Below are positions 46,189-56,631 of a stretch of DNA of 64,000 bases, piece by piece. The stretch covers positions 6,607-70,606 of IMG/VR virus record IMGVR_UViG_3300021137_000010. One strand, given 5' to 3'. The notes below the pieces were generated by a model. That model saw only the letters and a list, made by a program, of their open reading frames with translations, ran no database searches and was not told the DNA's origin. Positions within the stretch are counted from its first letter, which is position 1. The number at the start of each line of letters is the position of its first letter. The DNA comes from a virus. Both the position numbers and the translations under genes were made by a program.

Positions 46189-48597
46189 TTAAGCAGATGC
46201 TAGTTTAAGGTATTTGTGAACTTGGTCACAAGTATTTTTTATTTCCCGATCGTTACCCGAATACCGATAGTGAGTGTTGACGTAGCTGAGCATTGGAAAT
46301 TCAACTTCCAACTGTTTGCTCAACTTCATCAAATTGCCGTACTCAAGTTGGGCCAACGTACCAGAATTGGCAACCACAGTTGCAATATCTGCAAGTGCAG
46401 AATCAGTAGAACGAGCATGCAATCGATCAATACGGTGCATCAGTTGCAGTACAGTACTGATAGCAGCTTTATTAGCTGTAGCTCGAAGTTGAGCAGTGGT
46501 ATCACAGATGAACTTGTTTACTAATACAGAGGTTGCAGCCACAGTAGCATTGGTGGGAGTCGGAATGGTAGCAACAGCTCGTAGCACGATGTTTTGTTTA
46601 CCGGAATTGTTCACCCAAGTGATGTGATAAGCATCCGTCTGGGACACCGTTTTAGCATTATTATGGAACCACATTCGCAAGAATATATCGAACGCTTGTG
46701 CACGCGGTAGAAACGCTTTCGCCTTTTTACTTCCAATTGCTGACACCTTGATGCCGACCAACAGTATACAGGCTGGTAGAAACGCTTTTGCTACGTTGTT
46801 CCACAGATCAGAAAAGTCTTCAGCAAGTTCACTATAAATGACGTCTCCCGTTGAGTTAGTGTTGATATATTGAGGAATGCCTCGAAGTTGCGGCACGAAC
46901 ACGATGTGAGCGTACTTTCCACTCGCGATATGCAAGTCTAGTGTAGCTTCATCCACCACATCCCAGCTATTCTGTGAATATTTCGTCGGACAATTACCGG
47001 CACGGAGGCAGGGTGCGAATACCTTGAACGTATCATCAGGCTTGCTAGCTTGCGATACTCTACGACCTTTTGCTGGAGGGGTTGCCAAATCGGATGTAAA
47101 CACCACCTTAACATAGCTACCAGGAATGCGAAACGCTTCAAGAAGCACTGTAACTGCCTGTTTGAATGTTGGGATATCAGTTAACTTGTCCCCACGCGGG
47201 ACACCAATTGAGATAATATCGCCAGATGAAGAACTGGCTACATTATCCAAAAAATGGTGTTTCAGTTTTGCTGCGCAACCCTTAACCTCATCGAATACTA
47301 CAACCGTAATGATATCACTCTTAGGACTGAAGCTCATTGCTGGCAGTACACGGTCAACCGGAACACTACCAACCAAGGTCGTCATTACCAGCGGATACGC
47401 TTCCATCTTGCGCCGTTTGTTGGTTTGTACTTGCAACTTATGGAGTGCTAGCGAGGCTGCAACCAATGCAGTATCAACACTAACACTTTGTTGAGTAGTA
47501 CTAATGGTCTGACCTTTCCAGATCAACTTACCAGCGTCAACCAACTGTACAATATAGCGCATGCGATCATTACGCAACGCTTTGCAAAATTTGACAACGT
47601 CCCACGGTGTAGGCAATGCAGCAAACTGAGCTTGGATATGTTCTTTGATACTGTCGCCAATTTTAAGCAGCTTATCGATGATCACAGCGACAGTTTGTTC
47701 CGTGTACTGCAGTTCTTCTCGAGATGCGCTAAAGTCAAGCGAGCCGATCGGAAATGTAATAATGATCGGGAGTTCCAGCAGGCGCGTCACTAAGTCGCGT
47801 GCAGTTTGTAGTTTGCAACGGTCACGGAATGCGTTTGAAGAGGTAATTGTATGGCGTTGCAGTGGATACGGAACGTTACCCTGAATTGCTAGTGCAGTCG
47901 ATAGCGGACCAGCTACTGTGGCAACAAACCAATCAGTTCCACCGAAATCTCGTTCCACCTGACGCAATGTCGTATGACCATACAGACCACCTGTAATTGA
48001 AGGTGGAACAGATCCCCACGTTGTGAAGTATGATTGAACTTTAGAAGTGAACTTCTCAAAGTCGCTAGCTTTGACTGCAAACGTTACTTCTAGGCCAGAC
48101 GGTTCGATGCTGTCGCTAACATCCAGTAGTGCAATAGACGGAATACCGTCGGCGCTTTTGAATGCAGAATATACTAACTTCAGTCCACCGTGCCAACTAG
48201 TAATTGTATAATTACTAGTGTACGAAAACGGAGACTTCGAACCAAGACCGAGGGCACCGACTACATCATTAGATTTAGTCTTAGTACTCTCAAAGAACTT
48301 AGTGTACACGCTGTCAATTTGCTCAGCAGACATCCCGATACCGTAGTCGCGGATCGTGAAGTGTGGCTCTAACTGATTCGGAAGATGGATATCGAACGCT
48401 TTGTCAACACAACCGTTTTCTACGTGGCTATCATACGCATTGCACGACAATTCCCGAATAATAGCGAGGTGAGGATCTTTATACAACATCGACGACAGAA
48501 TTTCGAAGGTCTTACCAGTCAATGCGATTGTATATTGTGAGGACTTCACCCCTGCGCTCATCGAGACAGGAGATGCTTCGGTAATCAGCGGAATCAT
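46189..48597 (-). CDS. rIIA: rIIA (GHKL ATPase domain)
   Basis: LSSMLY, IRELSCNAYD, RDYGIG, GALGLGSKSPFSY, SASREEL; upstream of rIIB. Confidence 0.92.
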   Translation of the reverse strand: MIPLITEASPVSMSAGVKSSQYTIALTGKTFEILSSMLYKDPHLAIIRELSCNAYDSHVENGCVDKAFDIHLPNQLEPHFTIRDYGIGMSAEQIDSVYTKFFESTKTKSNDVVGALGLGSKSPFSYTSNYTITSWHGGLKLVYSAFKSADGIPSIALLDVSDSIEPSGLEVTFAVKASDFEKFTSKVQSYFTTWGSVPPSITGGLYGHTTLRQVERDFGGTDWFVATVAGPLSTALAIQGNVPYPLQRHTITSSNAFRDRCKLQTARDLVTRLLELPIIITFPIGSLDFSASREELQYTEQTVAVIIDKLLKIGDSIKEHIQAQFAALPTPWDVVKFCKALRNDRMRYIVQLVDAGKLIWKGQTISTTQQSVSVDTALVAASLALHKLQVQTNKRRKMEAYPLVMTTLVGSVPVDRVLPAMSFSPKSDIITVVVFDEVKGCAAKLKHHFLDNVASSSSGDIISIGVPRGDKLTDIPTFKQAVTVLLEAFRIPGSYVKVVFTSDLATPPAKGRRVSQASKPDDTFKVFAPCLRAGNCPTKYSQNSWDVVDEATLDLHIASGKYAHIVFVPQLRGIPQYINTNSTGDVIYSELAEDFSDLWNNVAKAFLPACILLVGIKVSAIGSKKAKAFLPRAQAFDIFLRMWFHNNAKTVSQTDAYHITWVNNSGKQNIVLRAVATIPTPTNATVAATSVLVNKFICDTTAQLRATANKAAISTVLQLMHRIDRLHARSTDSALADIATVVANSGTLAQLEYGNLMKLSKQLEVEFPMLSYVNTHYRYSGNDREIKNTCDQVHKYLKLASA

Positions 48598-48601
48598 TGT
48601 G

Positions 48602-49096
48602 TTACAGGCCCAAAAGGTTAAAAAGAGTTTGTCGTGTGGTAGCTGGAGAAGTATGCAGAATGCCAATGCCACCCGCTTTCACCCAACGATTGATATTGTC
48701 AATACGATCATCAATAAGGATATCATTTTCATGTTCTTTACTGATGTGTTTTTGCTTATCACGAGACAAGCATACTACGACGTCAAGATTGGGGTCAAGG
48801 TGTTTCTTAGCCCACTCGATTTTGTGTTGAGCAGAGTTTGGAAACTTTTCCTTGCGAGGACGACCAGTGATAACACGGACGTGCCCGACTTTGTCTTTTG
48901 TCTCGTGAAACAGCTCGACCATTTCAGGATATGGTTTGAGATCAGAGAAAAATGATGGGTACTTTTCGAGAGTGCTCCACAAAATACCAGCATCATCGAG
49001 CGTTTTGGGAGTTACGCCAGTCAGCTCCATCACACTTTCATCGAATTGAGCATGGACACCATCAAGGTCCCATGCGATTGCAAATTGTTTATTCAT
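48602..49096 (-). CDS. HAD-family 5'(3')-deoxyribonucleotidase
   Basis: DLDGV, K..W, ILIDDR..NI..W..AGGIGILH. Confidence 0.85.
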   Translation of the reverse strand: MNKQFAIAWDLDGVHAQFDESVMELTGVTPKTLDDAGILWSTLEKYPSFFSDLKPYPEMVELFHETKDKVGHVRVITGRPRKEKFPNSAQHKIEWAKKHLDPNLDVVVCLSRDKQKHISKEHENDILIDDRIDNINRWVKAGGIGILHTSPATTRQTLFNLLGL

Positions 49097-49183
49097 AATT
49101 TATACTTTAACAAAAGGGAAAAAAGGGGTCAACCTCTCGATTAACCCCTAATGTTAACTTCAAGAGTTAACGATCTGTTTTAA

Positions 49184-49468
49184 TTACACTCGGCGGCCAC
49201 GAGTACCGCGTGCTTCGTTGATTGCCATCTTTTTTGCAATCTCGTCATTTAGATCAATTTGTTGCCATTGAGCTAAATCGACAACACGAAGAATGATGTC
49301 GACGAGTTCACTACCGAATTCCGGAGTAGGAACTTCACCACGGCATTCATTAACTGCTTCACCAACTTCACTGGCGATAAGCGCAAGAGCTTCGAGCACA
49401 GTCTTATTGTGCCATCCCATTCGCTCTACCCAATCATACTGCTTTGCAGCAAGTTCGTTAATATCCAT
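49184..49468 (-). CDS. MazG-like nucleotide pyrophosphohydrolase
   Basis: SEVGEA...ELVD...KMAINEAR. Confidence 0.8.
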   Translation of the reverse strand: MDINELAAKQYDWVERMGWHNKTVLEALALIASEVGEAVNECRGEVPTPEFGSELVDIILRVVDLAQWQQIDLNDEIAKKMAINEARGTRGRRV

Positions 49469-49470
49469 TT

Positions 49471-49977
49471 TTAATCCTTAAATTCATTCCACTCACGGTG
49501 ACCATATCTACTAGCGGTATTACTTTGGGTCTCTCTGACTTCGATGCGGCAACACCACAGACGATCCGCTTCAACTTGGCCGTACGACGGTAGGAGAATT
49601 GTGTTTACATACTCGTATAAAAAGTCTGACAATCCTTCACATCCAGTTTTTTCAACTTCTGTGATCTTTGCAATCCCCGCATTGTGCATCGCAACAAATA
49701 GCTCCTTATGGGGATCATCGATTGCAACCAAAAGCCGATGGTCGAACCATTCTTCTAGTTTCTCTTTTAGAGGACGCAATCCACCAAAATCCATTGCCCA
49801 ATTTTTTACATTGAGGTCATCAGTCTCGAACCAAAATTTAATGGTGAGTGCATAGCCGTGCACGATAGAGCATTTCCCATCATCTCGCCACTGACGATAT
49901 GCAACCGGAAATGCATCCTTGTACTCTTTTGTACTCACATACTTTTTCTGAATCACTGGTCTTATATTTGCTGTCAT
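49471..49977 (-). CDS. queD: 6-carboxytetrahydropterin synthase / PTPS
   Basis: CSIVHGY, DFGGL, FDH, GCEGL, EVRET..N. Confidence 0.88.
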   Translation of the reverse strand: MTANIRPVIQKKYVSTKEYKDAFPVAYRQWRDDGKCSIVHGYALTIKFWFETDDLNVKNWAMDFGGLRPLKEKLEEWFDHRLLVAIDDPHKELFVAMHNAGIAKITEVEKTGCEGLSDFLYEYVNTILLPSYGQVEADRLWCCRIEVRETQSNTASRYGHREWNEFKD

Positions 49978-49979
49978 CT

Positions 49980-50927
49980 TTACTTTCCTTTTGTTAATCT
50001 ATTACAAAATTCCACTAACACCTGGGAGCGTTCCGTAGGAGACATTTCATCTGTTACCACGAAAACAACAAAACCCTTTTCTTTCGCCAGGTCTATCTTA
50101 TGTCTGTCATTGTGGTACATCTCGGTTAACGTTTTTTTAGTAACCGGATGTACCGAATTATCAGGTTCTACTGGATGCCAAAAACTCCCATTGTATTCTA
50201 AGATAGATTTGGTCTCTCGATCAGTAAAGTCATACCCATATATTTTATTCGACTTACTCAGCCAAAATTCTCGTTTGCCCGGAACATCGCAATATAGTCG
50301 CTCCATGATAACCGTTGGCAGTGCTTGGCACAGAACATCGTAAATCCGCTTTGCAGGAGCTGACATCCTATTTGGACCATGGAAAGCCTTCTTCATCGCA
50401 TCATGGTATCGTTGTGTTCCGTCAATTTCACCATATTTGGTGACGAACACGTCCAGTCTGGGTTTACCCCTGATTTGCTCTGTAAGATATTTTTCTAACC
50501 CAGCGTCTCGTTTTTGTTTTATGGCTTTTTTAAGTTCGGGATGTTGTTGCCCAACGGTTTTTTGTTGACGAGCGTAGATATCAGTAACCGCAGCGTCCCC
50601 CAGTTTTTCTCTGACTATTGCAACGGTGTTTTTCTTAGCAAGCGTTTCTTGCCATTTTTTCTTACCAAGCTCTTCGCCCCATCGAGCGATCATATTTTCT
50701 TCCGTTTGGAGCGATTTGTTAACGTGAGTTGTAAACCGTTCGAGTCCGTCATCGGGGTACCGCCATAAAAACCATTCTTTTGTAAGTCTTCGATATGGAT
50801 GGGTTTTGTACGTTTCTTCTCGTTTTTTCAGCTGCACTTGTTTACTTGCATACTTTGCTGGACCTATTGTAGGTCCATACTTCGTGATATAATCATCTTC
50901 AGTCATAATAACGTATCCGTGCATCAA
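49980..50927 (-). CDS. putative homing endonuclease (YG-repeat N-terminus, Vsr/PD-(D/E)XK-like C-terminus)
   Basis: repeated (K/R)(Y/W)G units; YDF...ILEYNGSFWH...D..K...A...GF. Confidence 0.7.
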   Translation of the reverse strand: MMHGYVIMTEDDYITKYGPTIGPAKYASKQVQLKKREETYKTHPYRRLTKEWFLWRYPDDGLERFTTHVNKSLQTEENMIARWGEELGKKKWQETLAKKNTVAIVREKLGDAAVTDIYARQQKTVGQQHPELKKAIKQKRDAGLEKYLTEQIRGKPRLDVFVTKYGEIDGTQRYHDAMKKAFHGPNRMSAPAKRIYDVLCQALPTVIMERLYCDVPGKREFWLSKSNKIYGYDFTDRETKSILEYNGSFWHPVEPDNSVHPVTKKTLTEMYHNDRHKIDLAKEKGFVVFVVTDEMSPTERSQVLVEFCNRLTKGK

Positions 50928-50963
50928 CCTATTTATGCGTAAGCACGGATACGCCTCAAAAGA

Positions 50964-51659
50964 TTAGGCCGTTGGCAGTTTAGTGCGAGCGATTGCTAAG
51001 AATTCAGAGCGAACGTATGGATTGTCGACAAACTTACCGCTCATTGCGCACGTAACCGTATCAGCTGCAGTGTCTTTAGCACCACGAGTAGACATGCACA
51101 AGTGAGCCATCGAGGCGAACACTGCAACGTCAGTCGATTCAGTGATAAACTTCATTGCTTCCAAGATTTGGTGAGTTAGACGTTCTTGTACTTGCGGACG
51201 AGCTGCAAAGAAATCAACAATGCGGCTGATTTTCGATAGACCAAGTACACGTTCGCATGGAATATACGCAACGACAACTGCTGGCTTATTCAATCCGCCA
51301 GCTGGAATAATCGATAGCAAGTGGTGTTCACATTGCGAAACGGTGGAACAAGTAACTGCAACAAATTCGTCAGGTGCCGACATCTTGTTTTCGACGGTTG
51401 TGCATTTCGGGAAGTTGTCATAATCGAGTCCCCACATAAAGTCATTGACCCACATCTTACCAACTCGACTAGGAGTATCGATCAAACTGTCGTCAGTGAG
51501 ATCGAGACCGAGTGCTTCTAACATGATCTTGGTAGATGCAGCAATTTTGTCTATTTGCTCCTGTTTGGTAAGAGTCTGTTCAACCATTGGGGTTTCGATG
51601 CCAAGTGCCAATAGGTGCGCATGCACTCGTTTACCTAGTTCCGGATTTGATTTGCTCAT
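50964..51659 (-). CDS. folE: GTP cyclohydrolase I
   Basis: DTPSRV, CEHH, GLSKISR, RPQVQERLT, HLCM..RG. Confidence 0.95.
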   Translation of the reverse strand: MSKSNPELGKRVHAHLLALGIETPMVEQTLTKQEQIDKIAASTKIMLEALGLDLTDDSLIDTPSRVGKMWVNDFMWGLDYDNFPKCTTVENKMSAPDEFVAVTCSTVSQCEHHLLSIIPAGGLNKPAVVVAYIPCERVLGLSKISRIVDFFAARPQVQERLTHQILEAMKFITESTDVAVFASMAHLCMSTRGAKDTAADTVTCAMSGKFVDNPYVRSEFLAIARTKLPTA

Positions 51660-51692
51660 TTTTGTAGTTCCTTTTAAATATAAGATTGCTAT

Positions 51693-51977
51693 TTAGACTA
51701 GTTGAATACCGGATACTTCTTGCAAGTAATCTTTTTCGAACGCTGCATCAACTTCGATAACTGCGACGATGTGAGCAGCCGGAATTGTGACAGACGGTAG
51801 ATCGACAGCAGACATGAAGATTGGAGCTAGCATCAAACCCTCCCCTTTTTGAGTGCGAGTGAGCATTAGTCGGCGTGGATCCTGTAGAGTGATCTTGCCA
51901 TCATCGTGAAGCGAAGGTTGGTGTTTACCGATCCACTCTTCACCGTTTGTTACCTTGATTGCGATTACTGTTGCCAT
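51693..51977 (-). CDS. Sm-like fold hypothetical protein
   Basis: KVTNGEEWIG...P...SGI. Confidence 0.55.
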   Translation of the reverse strand: MATVIAIKVTNGEEWIGKHQPSLHDDGKITLQDPRRLMLTRTQKGEGLMLAPIFMSAVDLPSVTIPAAHIVAVIEVDAAFEKDYLQEVSGIQLV

Positions 51978-51978
51978 G

Positions 51979-52536
51979 TTATAGTGCCTTTTGAAGAATA
52001 GTGTTCTGCATGTATACCGCTAAAGTATCAACATCATCGAATGTGTTATCAACATCTGTGTGAATCGTATCATGTTGGTCAACGAACGTGCGTATTTTAT
52101 TGTCCATCACAATAGATTCAGCAAGAGTCTGCACTCTCCCCTCTTGCTTGAAAATATCTGAATTACGATTGATCCACACGTTGAAATTGTTGTATTTGTT
52201 GTATAGGCTTAACGAAAGCTTTTCGAATTCCTCATACGGATAGTTAGGAATGTATTCTCGTGCATACGGAGCGAACAATAGTAACGGACAGTCGCTGACA
52301 ACTACTCGTACTTTACCGTCTAGTGCCCACAACTTCTGATGTTGATTGGCGAGTAAGATTTCTGGATGTTCTAACACGTTTCCGTGATTGAGCCATACAG
52401 ACATTTTGTGCCACTCGTCTACGTACTCACAATCGATGCCGGCTTGCTTTAGCAACCCAGCAAGTAATAACGCGACGGTAGTTTTACCAACCCCAGCACC
52501 TGCGATGCAATTCACTACCAAAAGTTTGGATTTCAT
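51979..52536 (-). CDS. P-loop kinase/ATPase (AAA_28/NadR-like)
   Basis: GAGVGKTT, DCPLL, EGRVQT. Confidence 0.8.
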   Translation of the reverse strand: MKSKLLVVNCIAGAGVGKTTVALLLAGLLKQAGIDCEYVDEWHKMSVWLNHGNVLEHPEILLANQHQKLWALDGKVRVVVSDCPLLLFAPYAREYIPNYPYEEFEKLSLSLYNKYNNFNVWINRNSDIFKQEGRVQTLAESIVMDNKIRTFVDQHDTIHTDVDNTFDDVDTLAVYMQNTILQKAL

Positions 52537-53147
52537 TTTTTAAATCCGCTTATGGTGAATAATTTTTCTCTGCCAGTTACCAATGTGCTAATCTGCTTCG
52601 TATCAATGAAGTCTGCTAGTACAGCATATGCATCGAATGGAGTAATAACGTCTTTCGATTGCTCAACTGGAGCAACAATTGTAATAGTATCTGGAAGGTA
52701 ATTCATTGGGAAATTAGCAATCTCGTACGTATCAGTAAACACAACAATATCATAATTGTCAAATACCGCAAAGTTACTGTTGTCCAACAAGGGTCCGAAG
52801 AAATAACACTTGAACAAATTTGGGGAATTGACGTACTCATTAGCTGCAGCTTGCTCATCGAGTGATTTGACGATCGAGTCAACGACGTAGTCTGTAGACA
52901 TATTAAGTAGGATTTTTGCAAAAAGAGTACCGTGGTTGCCTATGGCAATTACTCGCTGAGGTTTATGATGGGTGTTTCTATTGAGATGCGCTGCTAATGC
53001 AAACAGTAGAAGTAATTGTCCACCTGATGCGTGCATTCCTGGAGAGTAGGACATCCCAATACAATCAGTTAAAATTGAAATTGGGATGAGGTTTTGGGTA
53101 GAAAACGTTGGTTGAAATTGTTCTGTGAACTGTACTGTTGGTGCCAT
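52533..53147 (-). CDS. hypothetical protein
   Basis: ORF only. Confidence 0.55.
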   Translation of the reverse strand: MAPTVQFTEQFQPTFSTQNLIPISILTDCIGMSYSPGMHASGGQLLLLFALAAHLNRNTHHKPQRVIAIGNHGTLFAKILLNMSTDYVVDSIVKSLDEQAAANEYVNSPNLFKCYFFGPLLDNSNFAVFDNYDIVVFTDTYEIANFPMNYLPDTITIVAPVEQSKDVITPFDAYAVLADFIDTKQISTLVTGREKLFTISGFKK

Positions 53148-53179
53148 AAATGTAGTTATTATCTAACTACAGTATACAG

Positions 53180-55528
53180 TTACAGTGCGGTGGGTGCTAC
53201 AGGTGCTGCTTTTTCAATTACATAATTATTAATAACCAAAATATCCAATCCACATTTTTTGAATGTGGTTACCGCGTCTTGTGGAGTTTCGACAATTGGC
53301 TCCTGACAGTTGAAGCTCGTGTTCAGTAACATCGGAATTCCAGTGATCTTATAAAACTCACTAATAAGCTTGTGATAACGTTCATTAGATTCTTTAGTCA
53401 CTGTTTGTATTCTCGCAGTCCCGTCTACGTGAGTTACACCTGGAATTTTATCAGATACCACAGGCATAATACGAGACATGTATGGACTTGGTTGATTTGT
53501 GTCAAAATACTCAGTATAATACTCTTCCAACACGCTGGGAGCAAACGGTCGGAAATCTTCTCGTAGTTTAATAGTCGAATTAATAATGTCTTTGATGTTA
53601 GGATTTCGCGGATCTGCAAGAATACTACGATTCCCGAGTGCTCTATTACCACTCTCGGACTTTCCTTGATACCACCCTACTATTTTACCATTAGCAATAG
53701 CCTGTGCGAGTTCGGTCGCGATCTCGTCAAACTGCTTATCCTTCCAAGATAACCCTTCAAATATAGCAGTATCAATATCATGTTCTTCCCCAGCATATAC
53801 TGTGGGAATATGTATATTACCATTTAATACATAGTCGGCGTGCATATATGTGCCTAACGCTTGCCCCTCGTCGCCAGGTGCAGGTGGTACAAATACATTT
53901 TCATACATCTTAGTAAATTCTTCAATTAGATAGCCGTTATACGCAACTCCGCCGCTGATACAAAGGTTTGACGAGGTCTTTAGTGAACCGACGACGTGAG
54001 TTACAAGACTGGTCGTTACTTTTTGCAATGTAAACGCTACGTCTTCCGTAGGTATTGTGTCGATGATGTTCCAATTTTCTGCCGACACACGTTTATCCGT
54101 TATATACTGATTAATAATATCACCAAAGTTCTCGTTGAATTTTCCATAGCCAGCTAATCCCATTAGTTTACCAGCGCCAAGATACCCCATTCCTGTATGT
54201 TGGGATAGCATATTCCATAAGCTCCCGATAGTTAACTTATCAGAGAGATCTACAATATTAAAGTGAACATCTACGAAGATGCAGCTGAATGTGCACCCTT
54301 GTCCGTCAATCGCTAACACGTCGGAGTCGGTATACCCAGAACTCAGTAACGCATATACAGCATGAGATTGATGATGATCGATGTAATAATAGTTATCAGT
54401 GTAATAACTATCCCACAGATTCGTAGGCTTAAATGAAAAAAAGTCTGAGGCAACCGGAAGATGAATATCTAACATATCCGATACGAATTTTTTCCCCAAA
54501 CTCGAACATGTAAACGCAATCACGTTATTATCAACACTGCAACTATATGTATAATTCGGCACAAAATGCGCTAGGAAAAATTCTCTACTCGGTCTCGAGT
54601 CGAAGGGTCCACCATCAGCGAGATTGTGTTTTCTCCTCGAGTACCGTTCCTCCTGTCTATGCAGAATGCCATCATATGTATTGTGATCGTGCATATTTAC
54701 CGCCGTTGCAAAAATATTCACACGAGCTGCAGCGCCGGGCACTTTGTGGAGGCGGGTCACTTTAGCGTGCAGTGTATTGATGCGAGTACGAGTCACTTTA
54801 GCAGGCGATTTGTGTTTTGACCAATCCCGCATATCCGTAGTAAAGTGGCTCCAACTCTCATTTGAAATGTTCGGAGAAACGTGAATGTCTGATGGTCGCA
54901 TCGCGTTAAAGTCTACTTTGTTTCGTAGAGTTAATTTATTTGCATTAAAGTCTCGATTCGATTTAACCAACAGCAGGCCAAACCCCTCTTGCATCGCGAT
55001 ACATTTTGCTTGATCTACTTCATGCTCGTTGTATTTAAATATGATATATTGCCAGTTAATACATTGCTCTAACTGTTTTCCAAGCTTCATCATTTCCCAC
55101 ACATTTTCGTAGTCTGACCCTATTCGGTATAGTTCACTCTTCTTATCGATACCATCAACCCCAAAGAACCACGCATTTTTGCCTTTACCGTAGCTAAATG
55201 CCGTTTTCCACCAATCGACGCTCCGACCAGTACCATTAGTCGAAATTCGCAATTTCTTGTTACGCTCGTCGCACAGTTTTAAAAAGGATAGAAAATTAGG
55301 ATGATATATCGGATCAGAAATTTGTCCACAGAACGCGACACCGCCATAGTAATCTAAAATTTTTACAAAGTCAATTTCAGCGAGGTCAAACGATCGTTTG
55401 ATTTGAGACTGGCTTCCTAACTCTTGTCTGTTACATTGTGGGCATCTTAAAATGCACCTGTGAGAAATATCCAAATTAGGTAAAAAATTTCGTTGATTTC
55501 GTATATACGTGTCAGTGATTCGGTCCAT
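53180..55528 (-). CDS. radical SAM domain fused to NodU/CmcH-family carbamoyltransferase
   Basis: CILRCPQC; HHQSHA, AIDGQG, GKLMGLAGYG, SGGVAYN, PGDEG, RALGNRSILADP, REDFRPFAP, HVDGTARIQTV, LNTSFN. Confidence 0.88.
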   Translation of the reverse strand: MDRITDTYIRNQRNFLPNLDISHRCILRCPQCNRQELGSQSQIKRSFDLAEIDFVKILDYYGGVAFCGQISDPIYHPNFLSFLKLCDERNKKLRISTNGTGRSVDWWKTAFSYGKGKNAWFFGVDGIDKKSELYRIGSDYENVWEMMKLGKQLEQCINWQYIIFKYNEHEVDQAKCIAMQEGFGLLLVKSNRDFNANKLTLRNKVDFNAMRPSDIHVSPNISNESWSHFTTDMRDWSKHKSPAKVTRTRINTLHAKVTRLHKVPGAAARVNIFATAVNMHDHNTYDGILHRQEERYSRRKHNLADGGPFDSRPSREFFLAHFVPNYTYSCSVDNNVIAFTCSSLGKKFVSDMLDIHLPVASDFFSFKPTNLWDSYYTDNYYYIDHHQSHAVYALLSSGYTDSDVLAIDGQGCTFSCIFVDVHFNIVDLSDKLTIGSLWNMLSQHTGMGYLGAGKLMGLAGYGKFNENFGDIINQYITDKRVSAENWNIIDTIPTEDVAFTLQKVTTSLVTHVVGSLKTSSNLCISGGVAYNGYLIEEFTKMYENVFVPPAPGDEGQALGTYMHADYVLNGNIHIPTVYAGEEHDIDTAIFEGLSWKDKQFDEIATELAQAIANGKIVGWYQGKSESGNRALGNRSILADPRNPNIKDIINSTIKLREDFRPFAPSVLEEYYTEYFDTNQPSPYMSRIMPVVSDKIPGVTHVDGTARIQTVTKESNERYHKLISEFYKITGIPMLLNTSFNCQEPIVETPQDAVTTFKKCGLDILVINNYVIEKAAPVAPTAL

Positions 55529-55821
55529 TACTGCGTCCCTTTTGTGCCACATTGTCGTTTACATGTAGCTGTTGCATGATTAGGGTCAGTTAATAACGTA
55601 GTAAAAAAGTTCTCCCACTGGTCAGATCCGAAAATTTGCTCTAATGAATCATTTTTAGATAGTTTTAAGACGTCATCTCGTAAGCCACGTTGCACTATGT
55701 CGTCATACGCTGCCCAGTTATCTAACCAACAACACGGAAGCATAAACCCATCGGAAGTGTAAGCGGCAGATTTATGGGTTGCTGGCTCGAATTGTAGGCA
55801 CTTGGGTATTATTCTTATCAT
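55528..55821 (-). CDS. stand-alone SPASM/twitch-like Fe-S protein
   Basis: PKC...SDGFMLPCC...SLEQIF...C...C. Confidence 0.7.
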   Translation of the reverse strand: MIRIIPKCLQFEPATHKSAAYTSDGFMLPCCWLDNWAAYDDIVQRGLRDDVLKLSKNDSLEQIFGSDQWENFFTTLLTDPNHATATCKRQCGTKGTQ

Positions 55822-56621
55822 GGCATTAGATCAACTACTCTGACTGGAGTATTAAAATCAAATACTCCATAAGCCCAAAACTTTTCTCGACACGGCCAAC
55901 AACCCTGGCACGGTTCTATACCTGGTCTATCATATATCATGCCGAACTTCTCCTTTAACACGTACCCAACATATTTGTGTGGTTCTGTTTCACAGGTTTC
56001 GGAAACTGGAAACAACGTATCCATTAGACCCAGTTCCCTACACACCCCTGCGATCTGCTTCTTATCGTAGTTCCTAAACGGACTATATTCGTATTTTGTT
56101 ATATCTTTGTACGAATATACACGCAGCAGGTCGTCACGAGTCGCATTTCTATCCTTCATAAACTGATCTTCCATACCTAACGCTGCTTGATCTTGTATAG
56201 GCGGGTTATGAGTTTCGCCAGAGAGCACAAGGTTCAACTTTCCTTCGTGTCTATCAAACATGTCTTTGACAAATTGCCGTTGAAATATGTCTTTAGGGTG
56301 GTACTTAATTCCATCATGATCTTTGATAGTTCTGACAAATCCTGTGGTATCAAAAATCCCAACTTCTTGTGGCATTAAATTATTGTTAGGATTGAGGTCA
56401 TTGAGAACTCTTAATACATTAGCGACGGAACTTTCCGCAATCGGTCTAAGTTTATTATAAAACGTAATAGGCACTAATTTAATATGTGGGAAATATTTAA
56501 GAACCACATAACACAAGATTGCTGAGTCTATTCCGCCACTGAGTCGTATCCCTATGTATTCTTGTTGGTTTATAATATCCATGACGTCGTCAGTGAATAA
56601 CTCGAGTTGTCCAATTTGCAT
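55818..56621 (-). CDS. QueC-like PP-loop ATP pyrophosphatase
   Basis: LSGGIDSA; SPF...DKKQI; SETCE...PCQGCWPCRE zinc site. Confidence 0.7.
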   Translation of the reverse strand: MQIGQLELFTDDVMDIINQQEYIGIRLSGGIDSAILCYVVLKYFPHIKLVPITFYNKLRPIAESSVANVLRVLNDLNPNNNLMPQEVGIFDTTGFVRTIKDHDGIKYHPKDIFQRQFVKDMFDRHEGKLNLVLSGETHNPPIQDQAALGMEDQFMKDRNATRDDLLRVYSYKDITKYEYSPFRNYDKKQIAGVCRELGLMDTLFPVSETCETEPHKYVGYVLKEKFGMIYDRPGIEPCQGCWPCREKFWAYGVFDFNTPVRVVDLMP

Positions 56622-56631
56622 GTTATATCCT

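Noticed and set aside
53180-55528. Calling the radical SAM domain QueE
   Set aside because: No QueE-specific motifs recognised; its SPASM partner and fusion point to another family
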